From: Hartmannibacter diazotrophicus
GTDB lineage: Bacteria; Pseudomonadota; Alphaproteobacteria; Rhizobiales; Pleomorphomonadaceae
Length of the DNA: 24,000 nucleotides
Direction: 5' to 3'
Assembly: GCF_900231165.1 (NCBI RefSeq)
Contig: NZ_LT960614.1
Coordinates: 532,550-556,549 of the forward strand
Shown here: positions 8,890 through 18,180 of the stretch, piece after piece
Layout: every line of letters starts with the position of its first letter
Position numbering within the stretch: the first letter of the stretch is position 1
Notes under the pieces: generated by a model
Database searches by the model: none
The model's input: the letters and a program-made list of their open reading frames with translations, nothing else
What the model was told of the DNA's origin: nothing
Translations under genes and position numbers: made by a program

Positions 8890-8929
8890 CACTCAAAGAT
8901 TGGGTGATGAGTATTCAGATGTTTGAGTG
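8890..8929. repeat. 8-bp perfect inverted repeat (CACTCAAA-N24-TTTGAGTG) just upstream of the regulator start codon
   Basis: Read directly: 8890-8897 CACTCAAA and 8922-8929 TTTGAGTG are reverse complements. It lies 5-44 nt upstream of GTG 8885 on the minus strand, so it could be an operator or a 5'-UTR hairpin. Confidence 0.4.
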
Positions 8930-9103
8930 TCCGACTACAACTGTGGAATTTCTGGGGGACTTGCCGAGCTGATTGCATATCGCTCCTCGGTATTCCGCAA
9001 AGTCCGTCGTAGCCGTCCTCTTATAGGGAATGGTCCGCGAAAAGATCGGGGGATTATAGGACGAATCGGCGCAAATCGGCCTTGGATTTTCTCAAAAGCA
9101 GGG

Positions 9104-9490
9104 TTGAGCGGTGTTGGATTCCAGGATGCTTTCCGGCCTTTGTGTTCTTGCAGATGTGCGTCCAGTGCGTCATGCGCTCCCGCAGCAAGGAAACTGGGAA
9201 TGTCGGCATCGGGAGTGAGCCGGGCAATATCCAGGCTGGAGGAGAAGCTTGGGGCAAGGCTTTTCGATTGTTCGACGGGGTTGCTTCGGCTGACGGACAA
9301 AGGCGCCCGCCTCTATCGTTTGGCCGCACCCCATCTTTCGGGACTGGAAACAGCAGCCCGGACGACATCCAATCTCGCTGCTGACGTTTAGGGACTGCTG
9401 CGGGTCAATCTGAACACGATATTCGCACGCCATATTTTGGCGCCGCGACTGCCGGTCGCCTCCCTCAGGCTAAGGCACACCGCCTGGTGA
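9104..9490 (+). pseudogene. LysR-family transcriptional regulator remnant (HTH region only, in-frame TAG, 3' truncated)
   Basis: The frame of ORF 8927..9391 reads AARKLGMSASGVSRAISRLEEKLGARLFDCSTGLLRLTDKGARLYRLAAPHLSGLETA, a typical LysR HTH and linker. The TAG at 9389-9391 is followed in the same frame by GLLRVNLNTIFARHILAPRLP, the start of a LysR effector domain, then a stop at 9488-9490. The N-terminal helix region is degenerate and no effector domain follows. Confidence 0.5.
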
Positions 9491-9668
9491 CTCAGGTGGT
9501 GTTCTCGATTTTTCCCGGGCAAGGGCAGGCTGGGCCTCTATCCCAAACTGGTTCGGGTCGATATCCATCAAATTCTTGGATCGGGCCGTTATCTGACATA
9601 TCGTGCCGTGCGTTGATGACCGACACGTCGCAGTTCATTTTGCCCGGCTTGTCGAGTCAGGCCCCATC

Positions 9669-10658
9669 ATGTCGGGAACCTTCTTGCCGCCGATGCCAGA
9701 CAAAACAACAGTGTCGAAAAGGCCGGCGACACACGACAGTAAGAATGATGCCGTCAGCGCCGACCTGATCGCCGTCGTTATTGCCGTGAACCATGATGGC
9801 CCGCGCGTCCTCACCATCGCGGATTCGAACGCCTTGCCGTCCGGCCCGTTCGAGCAGGGGCATCGATCCTTGCAGTCGGGCCTCCGGGCGTGGGTCGAGC
9901 GGCAGACCGGCCATCCGCTCGGCTATGTCGAGCAACTCTACACCTTTGCGGACCGGGACCGGACCGGAGACGGACGCGTCCAGATCTCGATCGGCTATCT
10001 CGGCCTGACACGGGAAGAAAAGGCCGAAGGGTCTCCGACGCACGGCTGGCGGAACTGGTACGAGTATTTCCCATGGGAGGACCATCGCGCGGGCATGCCA
10101 CCGATCCTGCAGGACGTCCTGATACCCCAACTGCTGGCCTGGGCCGATGACACGACGGATCCGAAGACGCGTCACGATCGCCGGCAGCGCGCGACCTTTG
10201 CCTTTGGCCTCGACGAGCGCGACTGGAACGAGGAACTCACCCTGCAGCGCTACGAACTGCTCTATGAGGCGGGGCTCGTTGCCGAAGCCTTGCGCGATCG
10301 GGGCGAAAGCAGTTCCTCTCCAATCCCAGGCCGGCCGATGATCGCCGATCATCGCCGCATTCTGGCAACCGGGATTGCCAGGCTGCGCACCAAGATCAAA
10401 TACCGCCCGGTCGTCTTCGAACTGATGCCCCCAGCCTTCACGTTGCTGCAGCTGCAGCGAACCGTCGAAGCGCTCGCCGGCCGGCTCGTTCACAAGCAGA
10501 ATTTCCGGCGCCTGATCGAGCAGCAGGATCTGGTCGAGGAGACCGGCGAAACCACGTCCGACACCGGCGGCCGGCCGGCCAAACGCTTCCGCTTTCGCCA
10601 GTCGGTGCTGGCCGAGCGCGCGGTCGCGGGAACGAAATTGCCATTGTCACGCTCTTGA
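9669..10658 (+). CDS. nadQ: NadQ-type (COG4111) Nudix-like/winged-helix transcriptional regulator of NAD biosynthesis
   Basis: In the frame of ORF 9603..10658. ATG 9669 (MSGTFLPP) is preferred, but no clear SD is present and the start is uncertain. The N-terminal half has a degenerate Nudix box (GPFEQGHRSLQSGLRAWVERQTG, catalytic Glu positions substituted). The C-terminal half is wHTH-like (FTLLQLQRTVEALAGRLVHKQNFRRLI). It sits directly upstream of nadABC, the genomic context in which this family was defined. Confidence 0.75.
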   Translation: MSGTFLPPMPDKTTVSKRPATHDSKNDAVSADLIAVVIAVNHDGPRVLTIADSNALPSGPFEQGHRSLQSGLRAWVERQTGHPLGYVEQLYTFADRDRTGDGRVQISIGYLGLTREEKAEGSPTHGWRNWYEYFPWEDHRAGMPPILQDVLIPQLLAWADDTTDPKTRHDRRQRATFAFGLDERDWNEELTLQRYELLYEAGLVAEALRDRGESSSSPIPGRPMIADHRRILATGIARLRTKIKYRPVVFELMPPAFTLLQLQRTVEALAGRLVHKQNFRRLIEQQDLVEETGETTSDTGGRPAKRFRFRQSVLAERAVAGTKLPLSRS

Positions 10659-10665
10659 CATTCGT

Positions 10666-10684
10666 TATGCTCAAGTTCAGCATA
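10666..10684 (+). promoter_or_regulatory. putative NadQ operator 1 (TATGCTCAAGTTCAGCATA)
   Basis: 19-bp palindrome with 8 of 9 symmetric pairs, in the 54-nt nadQ-nadA gap. A perfect TTGACA hexamer at 10655-10660 overlaps the nadQ stop codon, so the box occupies the spacer/-10 zone of a likely promoter. Confidence 0.6.
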
Positions 10685-10693
10685 TGTCCATCT

Positions 10694-10712
10694 TATACTC
10701 AAACTGAGCATA
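10694..10712 (+). promoter_or_regulatory. putative NadQ operator 2 (TATACTCAAACTGAGCATA)
   Basis: Second 19-bp palindrome with the same half-site (TATrCTCA / TGAGCATA) and 7 of 9 symmetric pairs. Its centre is 28 bp from box 1, and it ends 1 nt before GTG 10713 (7 nt before ATG 10719) of nadA. It contains TATACT, a possible -10 hexamer. Confidence 0.6.
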
Positions 10713-11693
10713 GTGGACATGGCAATCACCTCCGCACGCACAGCCGCGCTCTACGATCGGGTACGGCGGTTCATCCCGCCGGTTGAGTGGCCGATTTTCG
10801 CCGACGATATCGACGCGATCCTCGATCTGAAGCGGCAGCGAAACGCCGTCGTCCTGGCGCACAATTACCAGACGCCGGAGATCTTCCACTGCGTCGCCGA
10901 CATCGTCGGCGACAGTCTGGCGCTGGCGCGCAAGGCGATGACGGTCGAGGCCGATGTCATCGTGCTGGCCGGCGTGCATTTCATGGCCGAGACGGCGAAG
11001 CTGCTCAATCCGGGCAAGACGGTGCTCATTCCGGACACGGCGGCCGGTTGCTCGCTCGCCGAATCGATCACTCCGGAGGATGTCCGCCGCCTGCGCCAGT
11101 GTCATCCCGGCGTTCCGGTCGTCACCTATGTGAATACGTCCGCCGCCGTGAAGGCGGAATCCGACATCTGCTGCACGTCGGGCAATGCGAAGGCGGTCGT
11201 CGAAGCGCTCGGCGTGCCACGGGTCATCATGCTGCCGGACGAATATCTGGCCCGGAATATCGCCGCCGAGACCGACGTCGAGATCATCACCTGGCAAGGC
11301 CATTGCGAGGTGCATGAGCTTTTTGCCCCCGCCGACATCCGCCAGCTTCGCGAAGACCACCCCGGCGTGACGGTGCTGGCCCACCCCGAATGCCCGCCCG
11401 ATGTGGTGGCCGAGGCCGATTTCGCCGGCTCGACGGCCGCCATGTCCGATTATGTCGCAAGGCAGAAGCCGTCTCGCGTGGTGCTGATGACCGAGTGCTC
11501 GATGAGCGACAACGTGGCGGTGGATCACCCGGAAATCGAGTTCATCCGACCCTGCAACCTGTGCCCGCACATGAAGCGGGTGACCCTTGCCAACATCCGC
11601 GCGGCGTTGGAACAGAACCGCCATGAGGTCACGATCGCTCCCGAGGTCGCCGGCCGCGCCCGGCTGGCCGTCGAACGGATGCTGGCAATATGA
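10713..11693 (+). CDS. nadA: quinolinate synthase A
   Basis: ORF 10713..11693 (GTG; alternative ATG at 10719). NadA-typical VLAHNYQ and HFMAETAKLL, plus three Cys contexts for the 4Fe-4S cluster (AAGCSLAE, WQGHCEVHE, CNLCPHMK). Confidence 0.92.
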   Translation: MDMAITSARTAALYDRVRRFIPPVEWPIFADDIDAILDLKRQRNAVVLAHNYQTPEIFHCVADIVGDSLALARKAMTVEADVIVLAGVHFMAETAKLLNPGKTVLIPDTAAGCSLAESITPEDVRRLRQCHPGVPVVTYVNTSAAVKAESDICCTSGNAKAVVEALGVPRVIMLPDEYLARNIAAETDVEIITWQGHCEVHELFAPADIRQLREDHPGVTVLAHPECPPDVVAEADFAGSTAAMSDYVARQKPSRVVLMTECSMSDNVAVDHPEIEFIRPCNLCPHMKRVTLANIRAALEQNRHEVTIAPEVAGRARLAVERMLAI

Positions 11694-13244
11694 ACGCCGA
11701 CATCCGCGATCTGGCTGGCCGGCCGGTCATTGTCGGTGGCGGTATCGCCGGGCTGCTCACGGCGCTGCATCTCGCGCCGGAGCCGGTGATCCTTCTGTCG
11801 AAATCGCCGCTCGGCGCGGAGGCGTCGAGCGTCTGGGCACAGGGCGGGCTTGCCGCAAGTCTTGGCGACGATGACGAACCGGCAGCGCACCTCGCCGACA
11901 CGCTCGCCGCCGGCGATGGTCTTTGCGATGCCGAGGCTGCAAGACGGATCGTGGAAGCGGCCCCCGCCGCGATCGAGGGCCTCACCCGCCTTGGCGTTCG
12001 CTTCGACCGCACGCCCAATGGGCGGCTGAGCCTCGGCCTTGAAGCCGCACACAGCCGGCGGCGGATCGTCCATGCCAGCGGCGACGGCAGCGGCCGCAAG
12101 GTCATGCGCGCGCTTGTCGCCGCCGTGCGCGCCTCACCGTCGATCACCGTCATCGAGGGCATCGAGGCACGCCGGCTGATATTGGAAGACGGCAGGATCA
12201 CGGGTGTGGTGGCCGCCACCTCGACCGGGCCTGTGTTCCTGTCCACCGGGCGCGTCGTTCTCGCAACGGGCGGGATCGGTGGACTCTATGGCGACACCAC
12301 GAACCCCCTCGGCAATTGCGGCCAGGGCCTCGCGCTCGCCGCCTGTGCCGGCGCGGTCATGGCCGACCTGGAGTTCGTCCAGTTCCATCCGACTGCACTT
12401 GACGGCCCCTCCCGTCCGATGCCGCTCATCAGCGAGGCCGTTCGCGGCGAAGGGGCAACGATCGTCGACGAGACCGGCCGGCGTTTTCTTGAGGGTATCG
12501 AGGGCGCCGAACTGGCTCCGCGCGACATCGTCGCACGCGCGATCTGGAAGCACCTTGCCGATGGCCATCGCGTCTTCCTCGACGCAACGCAGAAGCCCGG
12601 GGCAACCTTCGCGCAGCATTTCCCGACAATCGCCTCGGTCTGCCATCGCCGGCATCGATCCGTCGCTCGATCTCATTCCCATCCGTCCGGCGCAGCATTA
12701 CCAGATGGGCGGCGTCGCCGTGGATCTTGCCGGCCGCACGTCCGTCGAGGGTCTATGGGCCTGCGGCGAGGTCGCCGCAACCGGGCTGCACGGCGCCAAC
12801 AGGCTCGCCAGCAACTCGCTGACCGAAGCCGTCGTCTGCGCAAGCTGGGTCGCCGAGAGCGTTGTCGCTGCGCCGAGGCGTGGCGGCAGGCCCGTGACCA
12901 TGCCGGACCTGCCCGCGCTGGACCTGCCCACGCCGGACCCAGGACCCGTGCGACCGATCCTCTCGCGCGCCCTCGGCGTCATGCGGAACGGCGAGGACCT
13001 GAAAGAGGCCGCGCGCGCCTTGTTGCCGCTCGTGCAGCAGCAGGGCGCCTCGTCCGATCCCGCCGCCGTGGGGTTGATGATCGCCGTCGCCGCCCTTGGG
13101 CGCGAGGAAAGCCGGGGCGCCCATTGCCGGACGGATTTCCCGAGCCATTCGGCCGTCGCCCGGTGCTCCCGGATCACGCTGGAGACGGCCATCGCCGCGG
13201 CTGAGGACCTTGCCGCCATCCCAATGCTTGAGAGAATTGCCTGA
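11690..13244 (+). pseudogene. nadB: L-aspartate oxidase, reading frame broken by a +1 shift near 12644 (true frameshift or sequence error)
   Basis: The N-terminal 318 codons are in the frame of ORF 11690.. (FAD motif VIVGGGIAGLLTA ... FAQHFPTIASVC), which then turns to Arg-rich noise. The conserved remainder (IAGIDPSLDLIPIRPAQHYQMGG, HGANRLASNSL, RGAHCRTDFP) is in the frame of ORF 12204..13244. The two frames meet at tgc(12641-12643)-c(12644)-atc(12645-12647). ATGA overlap with nadA and TGATG overlap with nadC. Confidence 0.85.
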
Positions 13245-14098
13245 TGACCCTTTCCCCCATTCCCGCAGTCATGCTCGAGCCAATGGTGCGGGCGGCGCTT
13301 CTCGAAGACCTCGGCAGGGCCGGCGACCTGACCTCGGATGCGATCGTCCCGAAGGAGCATCGGGCGACGACCGTGCTGACCGCACGTCAGGCCGGAGTGG
13401 TCGCCGGGCTCGATCTCGCCATGCTCGCCCTCCGGCTCATCGACCCGGCCGTCGAAATGAGCGTGCAGTGCCCGGACGGCAGCAAGGTCGCGCCGGGCGA
13501 GGTCATCGCATCCGTCAGCGGCCCGGCACGGGCAATCCTGACGGCGGAACGCACAGCGCTGAATTTCCTCTGTCATCTCAGCGGCATCGCCACGGTGACG
13601 GCCTCGATTGTCGCGGCCGTGGAGGGCCATGGCACGAGGATCGTCTGCACGCGCAAGACGACGCCCGGTTTGCGCGCCGTCGAAAAATACGCCGTGCGCG
13701 CGGGCGGCGGCTCCAATCACCGCTTCGGTCTCGACGACGCGATCCTGATCAAGGACAACCACGTCGCCATTGCTGGCGGCATTCGCCCCGCCATCGAGCG
13801 CGCGCGAAGCGCCGTCGGCCATCTCGTCAAGATCGAAGTCGAGGTCGATACGCTGGCCCAGCTGGAAGAGGCCATGGCTCTCGCCCCCGATGCCGTTCTT
13901 CTCGACAACATGTCGGCCGAGGAGCTTCGCCAGGCGGTGGAGATGGTCGGTGGCCGGGCGATCACAGAGGCATCTGGCCGGATCACGCCTGCGACAGCGC
14001 CGGCCATCGCCGCGACGGGCGTCGATCTGCTATCCATTGGCTGGTTGACTCACAGCGCGCCGATCCTCGATATCGGGCTCGACTATCGTGAGCTTTGA
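13244..14098 (+). CDS. nadC: nicotinate-nucleotide pyrophosphorylase (quinolinate phosphoribosyltransferase)
   Basis: ORF 13244..14098, 284 aa. NadC-typical [38 protein letters not shown]. Confidence 0.92.
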   Translation: MTLSPIPAVMLEPMVRAALLEDLGRAGDLTSDAIVPKEHRATTVLTARQAGVVAGLDLAMLALRLIDPAVEMSVQCPDGSKVAPGEVIASVSGPARAILTAERTALNFLCHLSGIATVTASIVAAVEGHGTRIVCTRKTTPGLRAVEKYAVRAGGGSNHRFGLDDAILIKDNHVAIAGGIRPAIERARSAVGHLVKIEVEVDTLAQLEEAMALAPDAVLLDNMSAEELRQAVEMVGGRAITEASGRITPATAPAIAATGVDLLSIGWLTHSAPILDIGLDYREL

Positions 14099-14133
14099 CC
14101 GCTTGGCCCGATGGCGCCACGTCGCGCACTGCA

Positions 14134-15150
14134 ATGAACGGGATGGACATGCACACAGCAACCGCGCAAAAGACCGCCCCTGAAGCCCGGTCGGCCGCCG
14201 GCCGCCGGACCTGGACGCTCGAAGAGGCCCGCGCACTCCACGACGCGCCGTTCAACGACCTGTTGTTTCAGGCGCAAACCGTTCATCGCCAGAACTTCGA
14301 TCCCAACAAGGTCCAGCTCAGCCGGTTGCTCAGCATCAAGACGGGCGGATGTCCGGAGGACTGCGGCTATTGCAGCCAGTCGGCCCACCACCAGTCCGGC
14401 CTCAAGGCCTCCAAGCTGATGGAGGTCCAGCGCGTCATCGCCGAGGCGACCAAGGCGCGCGACGCCGGCGCGACGCGCTATTGCATGGGCGCGGCCTGGC
14501 GCAATCCCAAGGCCCGCGACATGGACGCGGTCGTGGCGATGGTCGAGGGCGTCAAGGCGCTCGGCATGGAGACCTGCATGACGCTCGGCATGCTGAGCGC
14601 CGATGACACCCAGCGCCTCAAGACCGCCGGCCTCGACTACTACAACCACAACATCGACACGTCCGAACGCTACTACGGCGAGGTCATCACCACGCGGACC
14701 TTCGCCGACCGCCTCGACACGCTCGCCAATGTCCGTGACGCCGGCATCAAGGTCTGCTGCGGCGGCATCGTCGGCATGGGCGAGGAGGCGGTGGACCGCA
14801 TCGACATGCTGGTGACGCTGGCCAACCTGCCGGAGCCTCCCGAAAGCGTTCCGATCAACATGCTGATCCCGATCGAGGGCACCCCGCTTGCCGACGCCAG
14901 ACCCATCGAGCCGATCGAATTCGTGCGGGTGATTGCGCTCGCGCGGATCATGATGCCGACGTCGCATGTCCGCCTGTCCGCCGGACGCACCGCCATGACC
15001 GACGAGATGCAGGCGCTCTGTTTCTTTGCCGGCGCGAACTCGATCTTCGCCGGCGACACGTTGCTGACGGCGGACAATCCAGGCGAGGACAAGGACAGCC
15101 AGCTGTTCCGCCGTCTCGGCATCGAGCCGATGGATCTTCAGACGCAATGA
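14134..15150 (+). CDS. bioB: biotin synthase (radical SAM)
   Basis: In the frame of ORF 14095..15150. Radical-SAM motif [10 protein letters not shown] and YNHNIDTS. Start uncertain: TTG 14095 (4-nt overlap with the nadC stop), or ATG at 14134, 14143 or 14149. Confidence 0.9.
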   Translation: MNGMDMHTATAQKTAPEARSAAGRRTWTLEEARALHDAPFNDLLFQAQTVHRQNFDPNKVQLSRLLSIKTGGCPEDCGYCSQSAHHQSGLKASKLMEVQRVIAEATKARDAGATRYCMGAAWRNPKARDMDAVVAMVEGVKALGMETCMTLGMLSADDTQRLKTAGLDYYNHNIDTSERYYGEVITTRTFADRLDTLANVRDAGIKVCCGGIVGMGEEAVDRIDMLVTLANLPEPPESVPINMLIPIEGTPLADARPIEPIEFVRVIALARIMMPTSHVRLSAGRTAMTDEMQALCFFAGANSIFAGDTLLTADNPGEDKDSQLFRRLGIEPMDLQTQ

Positions 15151-16286
15151 ACGCGGCGCCGCTTGCCCGCTATGACGCGACGCTCCGGGGGCTGGCGCGC
15201 AAGGATCGGCTGCGGACACTGGCGCCGCGCGCCGGGCTCGACTTTTCCTCCAACGACTATCTCGGGCTTGCTGCGTCCGCGAGACTGGGCGAGGCGGTTG
15301 CCGCCGCGATTGCGAGGGGCACGCCGGTTGGCGCCACCGGGTCCCGGCTCCTGCGCGGCAATGCGCCGGAACACGAGGCACTGGAGGCAGACGCCGCAAC
15401 CTTCTTCGGGGCCGAACGCGCGCTCTTCTTCGGCAGCGGTTACATCGCCAACGTCGCCCTCCTGACCACATTGCCGCAGAAGGGCGATCTGCTCGTCCTC
15501 GACGAACTTGCCCATGCCAGCATGCACGAGGGTGCGCAGGCCGGACGGGCGCATTTCGTGCTGGCCGCGCACAACGATGTCGATGCCGCCGAGGACGCCA
15601 TCACGCGCTGGCGCGCCGCCGGCGGGATGGGGCGCGTCTGGATCGCGGTCGAAAGCCTCTACAGCATGGACGGCGACCGCGCACCGCTGGACGACCTGGT
15701 GGCGCTCTCAGGCCGGTACGAGGCCTTTCTCGTCGTCGACGAGGCGCACGCCACCGGCGTCTTCGGACCGGGCGGACGCGGACTTGCCGCCGCATTCGAG
15801 GGCCGCGAGAACATCGTCACGCTGCACACCTGCGGCAAGGCGCTCGGCGCCTCCGGGGCGCTGGTCGCGGGCCCGCGCACCCTGTGCGACTATCTCGTCA
15901 ACCGCTGCCGTCCCTTCATCTACGCGACCGCACCGTCGCCGTTGATGGCGGTGGCGGTTCGCGAGGCGCTCGTCATGCTGGCCGACGAGTCCGAGCGGCG
16001 CAGCCGGCTGCATGACCACATCGCCGTCGCCGGCCGCCAACTGGCGGAACACTGCGGCGTCGCGTCCAGCGACTCGCAGATCCAGCCGGTCGTCATCGGC
16101 GACAACCGCCGCACAATGATGATTGCAAGCGAACTCCAGGCGCGCGGCTTCGATATCCGCGGCATCCGTCCGCCGACCGTGCCGGAGGGCACCTCGCGTT
16201 TGCGCATCTCGCTGACGCTCAATGTGGACGAAGCCGCCATTGCCGCCATGGTCGATGCACTGGCCGATGTGATGGCGCCGGCATGA
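15147..16286 (+). CDS. bioF: 8-amino-7-oxononanoate synthase
   Basis: ORF 15147..16286 with an ATGA overlap with bioB. PLP-dependent acyltransferase ([22 protein letters not shown]-lysine context [12 protein letters not shown]). Confidence 0.9.
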   Translation: MNAAPLARYDATLRGLARKDRLRTLAPRAGLDFSSNDYLGLAASARLGEAVAAAIARGTPVGATGSRLLRGNAPEHEALEADAATFFGAERALFFGSGYIANVALLTTLPQKGDLLVLDELAHASMHEGAQAGRAHFVLAAHNDVDAAEDAITRWRAAGGMGRVWIAVESLYSMDGDRAPLDDLVALSGRYEAFLVVDEAHATGVFGPGGRGLAAAFEGRENIVTLHTCGKALGASGALVAGPRTLCDYLVNRCRPFIYATAPSPLMAVAVREALVMLADESERRSRLHDHIAVAGRQLAEHCGVASSDSQIQPVVIGDNRRTMMIASELQARGFDIRGIRPPTVPEGTSRLRISLTLNVDEAAIAAMVDALADVMAPA

Positions 16287-16915
16287 CGAAGCCCATCGTC
16301 GTCACCGGGACGGACACCGGCATCGGCAAGACCGTGTTTTCGTCGGGCCTTGCCGGCATGCTCGATGGCCACTACTGGAAGCCGGTGCAGTCGGGTCTCG
16401 ACGAAGAGACTGACAGCGAGGTGGTCGCGCGGCTGTCCGGCCTTCCCGAGGGTCGCGTCTTGCCGGAAGCCTATCGCCTGAAAAACCCGCTGTCGCCGCA
16501 CCGCTCGGCCGAACTCGACGGCGTTACGATCGAAGTGGATGGCCTCGTGCCGCCGGTCGTGCCGGGTCCGCTCGTCATCGAGAGCGCGGGCGGTCTGATG
16601 GTGCCGCTCGACCGGCAGACACGGTTCATCGATGTCTTCGAGCGATGGCAGTTGCCGGTCATTCTGTGCGCCCGCACGGTGCTCGGCACGATCAATCACA
16701 CCCTGCTCTCGATCGAAGCCCTGCGCGCGCGCTCCATCCCACTCATCGGCATTGCCTTCATCGGCGATGAAATGGCCGATAGCCAGCGGACCATCGCGGA
16801 CTTCGGAGGCGTGGCCGAGCTTGGCAGGCTGCCGCATCTCGATCCGCTGAATGCAACGACGCTGAGGGACGCCATGGCCGGCTTCGACCTCGCCCGGATT
16901 ACGGGAGACGCATGA
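16283..16915 (+). CDS. bioD: dethiobiotin synthetase
   Basis: ORF 16283..16915 with an ATGA overlap with bioF. P-loop [11 protein letters not shown]. Confidence 0.9.
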   Translation: MTKPIVVTGTDTGIGKTVFSSGLAGMLDGHYWKPVQSGLDEETDSEVVARLSGLPEGRVLPEAYRLKNPLSPHRSAELDGVTIEVDGLVPPVVPGPLVIESAGGLMVPLDRQTRFIDVFERWQLPVILCARTVLGTINHTLLSIEALRARSIPLIGIAFIGDEMADSQRTIADFGGVAELGRLPHLDPLNATTLRDAMAGFDLARITGDA

Positions 16916-18180
16916 TGTCCGGATCTCATGTCTGGCATCCCTTCACCCAGCACGCGGTCGAGCCCGCGATCCCCGAGATCGTGCGCACGGAGGGAGCCTA
17001 TCTTCACAAGGCGGACGGCACGCGGGTTCTGGACGCCATCTCGTCCTGGTGGGTCGTCACCCACGGTCATCGTCATCCCCGCATCGTGAAGGCCATCGAG
17101 ACGACGGCGTCGAGCCTTGACCAGATCATCTTTGCCGGCTTCACCCACGAACCGGCCGAGCGCTTGGCCAGTGAACTCGTCAGTCTTGCGCCCTCCGGCC
17201 TCGACTGGGTGTTTTATTCCGACAGTGGATCGACGGCTGTCGAGGTCGCCTTGAAGATGGCGCTCGGCTATTTCCGCAACATCGGTGCACCGCGCTCGCG
17301 CATCGTCGTCATGGAGAACAGCTACCACGGCGACACCATCGGAACGATGAGCGTCGGCGCGCGCGGCGTCTTCAACGCGGCCTACGAACCCCTGCTCTTC
17401 AACGTCGACACAATCCCTTTCCCCGCCGCTGGAAAGGAGCAGGAAACACTGGACCGCTTCGAGGCCATCGCGAGCGACGGCAGCGTTGCGGCCCTGATCG
17501 TCGAACCGCTGGTGCTCGGCGCCGGCGGCATGCTGATGTATCCGGCCTCCGTGCTGAGCGAACTGAAGCGGATCGCCGAGGCATCCGGCACGCTCCTGAT
17601 CGCCGACGAGGTGATGACCGGCTGGGGACGCACCGGAACCCTGTTTGCCTGCGATCAGGCGTCGGTTACGCCGGATATACTGTGCACATCGAAGGGCCTC
17701 ACAGGTGGCACGATCCCGCTCGCGGCGACGCTCGCCACAGACGCCATCTTCCAGGCGCACTACTCGGCGGACCGGCGCAAGACCTTCTTTCACTCAAGCT
17801 CCTACACCGCCAATCCGATCGCCTGCGCCGCCGCGCTCGCCAACGTCGAGATCTGGCGCGACGAGCCTGTCGCCGAGCGGGTCGCGGCCCTGAGCGCACG
17901 GCAGGCCGCGGGGCTCAAGCGCTTTGAAGGCAACCCCAGCTTCACAGACGGCCGGGTGACCGGAACGATCCTGGCGCTGGACCTTCAAGCCGATAACGCG
18001 GGCTATCTCGCCGAAATCGGGCCGAAGCTGCGCGCCTTCTTCCTCGATCGCGGCTTGCTCGTGCGTCCGCTCGGCAATGTCCTCTATCTGCTCCCGCCCT
18101 ATTGCATCACAGCCGAGGAACTGGACGGGCTGCACGACGCCATTGAGGAGGCCGGCGAACGCTTCGGCGCGAAGACATGA
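16912..18180 (+). CDS. bioA: adenosylmethionine-8-amino-7-oxononanoate aminotransferase
   Basis: ORF 16912..18180 with an ATGA overlap with bioD. Class-III aminotransferase ([24 protein letters not shown]-lysine context CTSKGLTGG). Confidence 0.9.
   Translation: MMSGSHVWHPFTQHAVEPAIPEIVRTEGAYLHKADGTRVLDAISSWWVVTHGHRHPRIVKAIETTASSLDQIIFAGFTHEPAERLASELVSLAPSGLDWVFYSDSGSTAVEVALKMALGYFRNIGAPRSRIVVMENSYHGDTIGTMSVGARGVFNAAYEPLLFNVDTIPFPAAGKEQETLDRFEAIASDGSVAALIVEPLVLGAGGMLMYPASVLSELKRIAEASGTLLIADEVMTGWGRTGTLFACDQASVTPDILCTSKGLTGGTIPLAATLATDAIFQAHYSADRRKTFFHSSSYTANPIACAAALANVEIWRDEPVAERVAALSARQAAGLKRFEGNPSFTDGRVTGTILALDLQADNAGYLAEIGPKLRAFFLDRGLLVRPLGNVLYLLPPYCITAEELDGLHDAIEEAGERFGAKT

Noticed and set aside
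9563-9582. ATCCAT...TTGGATC, reminiscent of nod-box or LysR T-N11-A half-sites, upstream of nadQ.
   Set aside because: The dyad is only 5 bp, the spacing does not fit ATC-N9-GAT, and none of the extended nod-box consensus (for example AAACAATCGATTTTACCAATC) is present.
10363-10378. Sigma-54-like TGGCAA...TTGC element.
   Set aside because: It lies inside the nadQ coding sequence. The GG-to-GC spacing is 11 nt rather than the canonical 10, and no appropriately placed downstream gene start exists.
12632-12645. Programmed ribosomal frameshift in nadB.
   Set aside because: There is no slippery heptamer, no upstream SD-like stimulator and no downstream structure at the junction (gtc tgc c atc gcc). 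A simple indel or a sequencing error is the more economical explanation.
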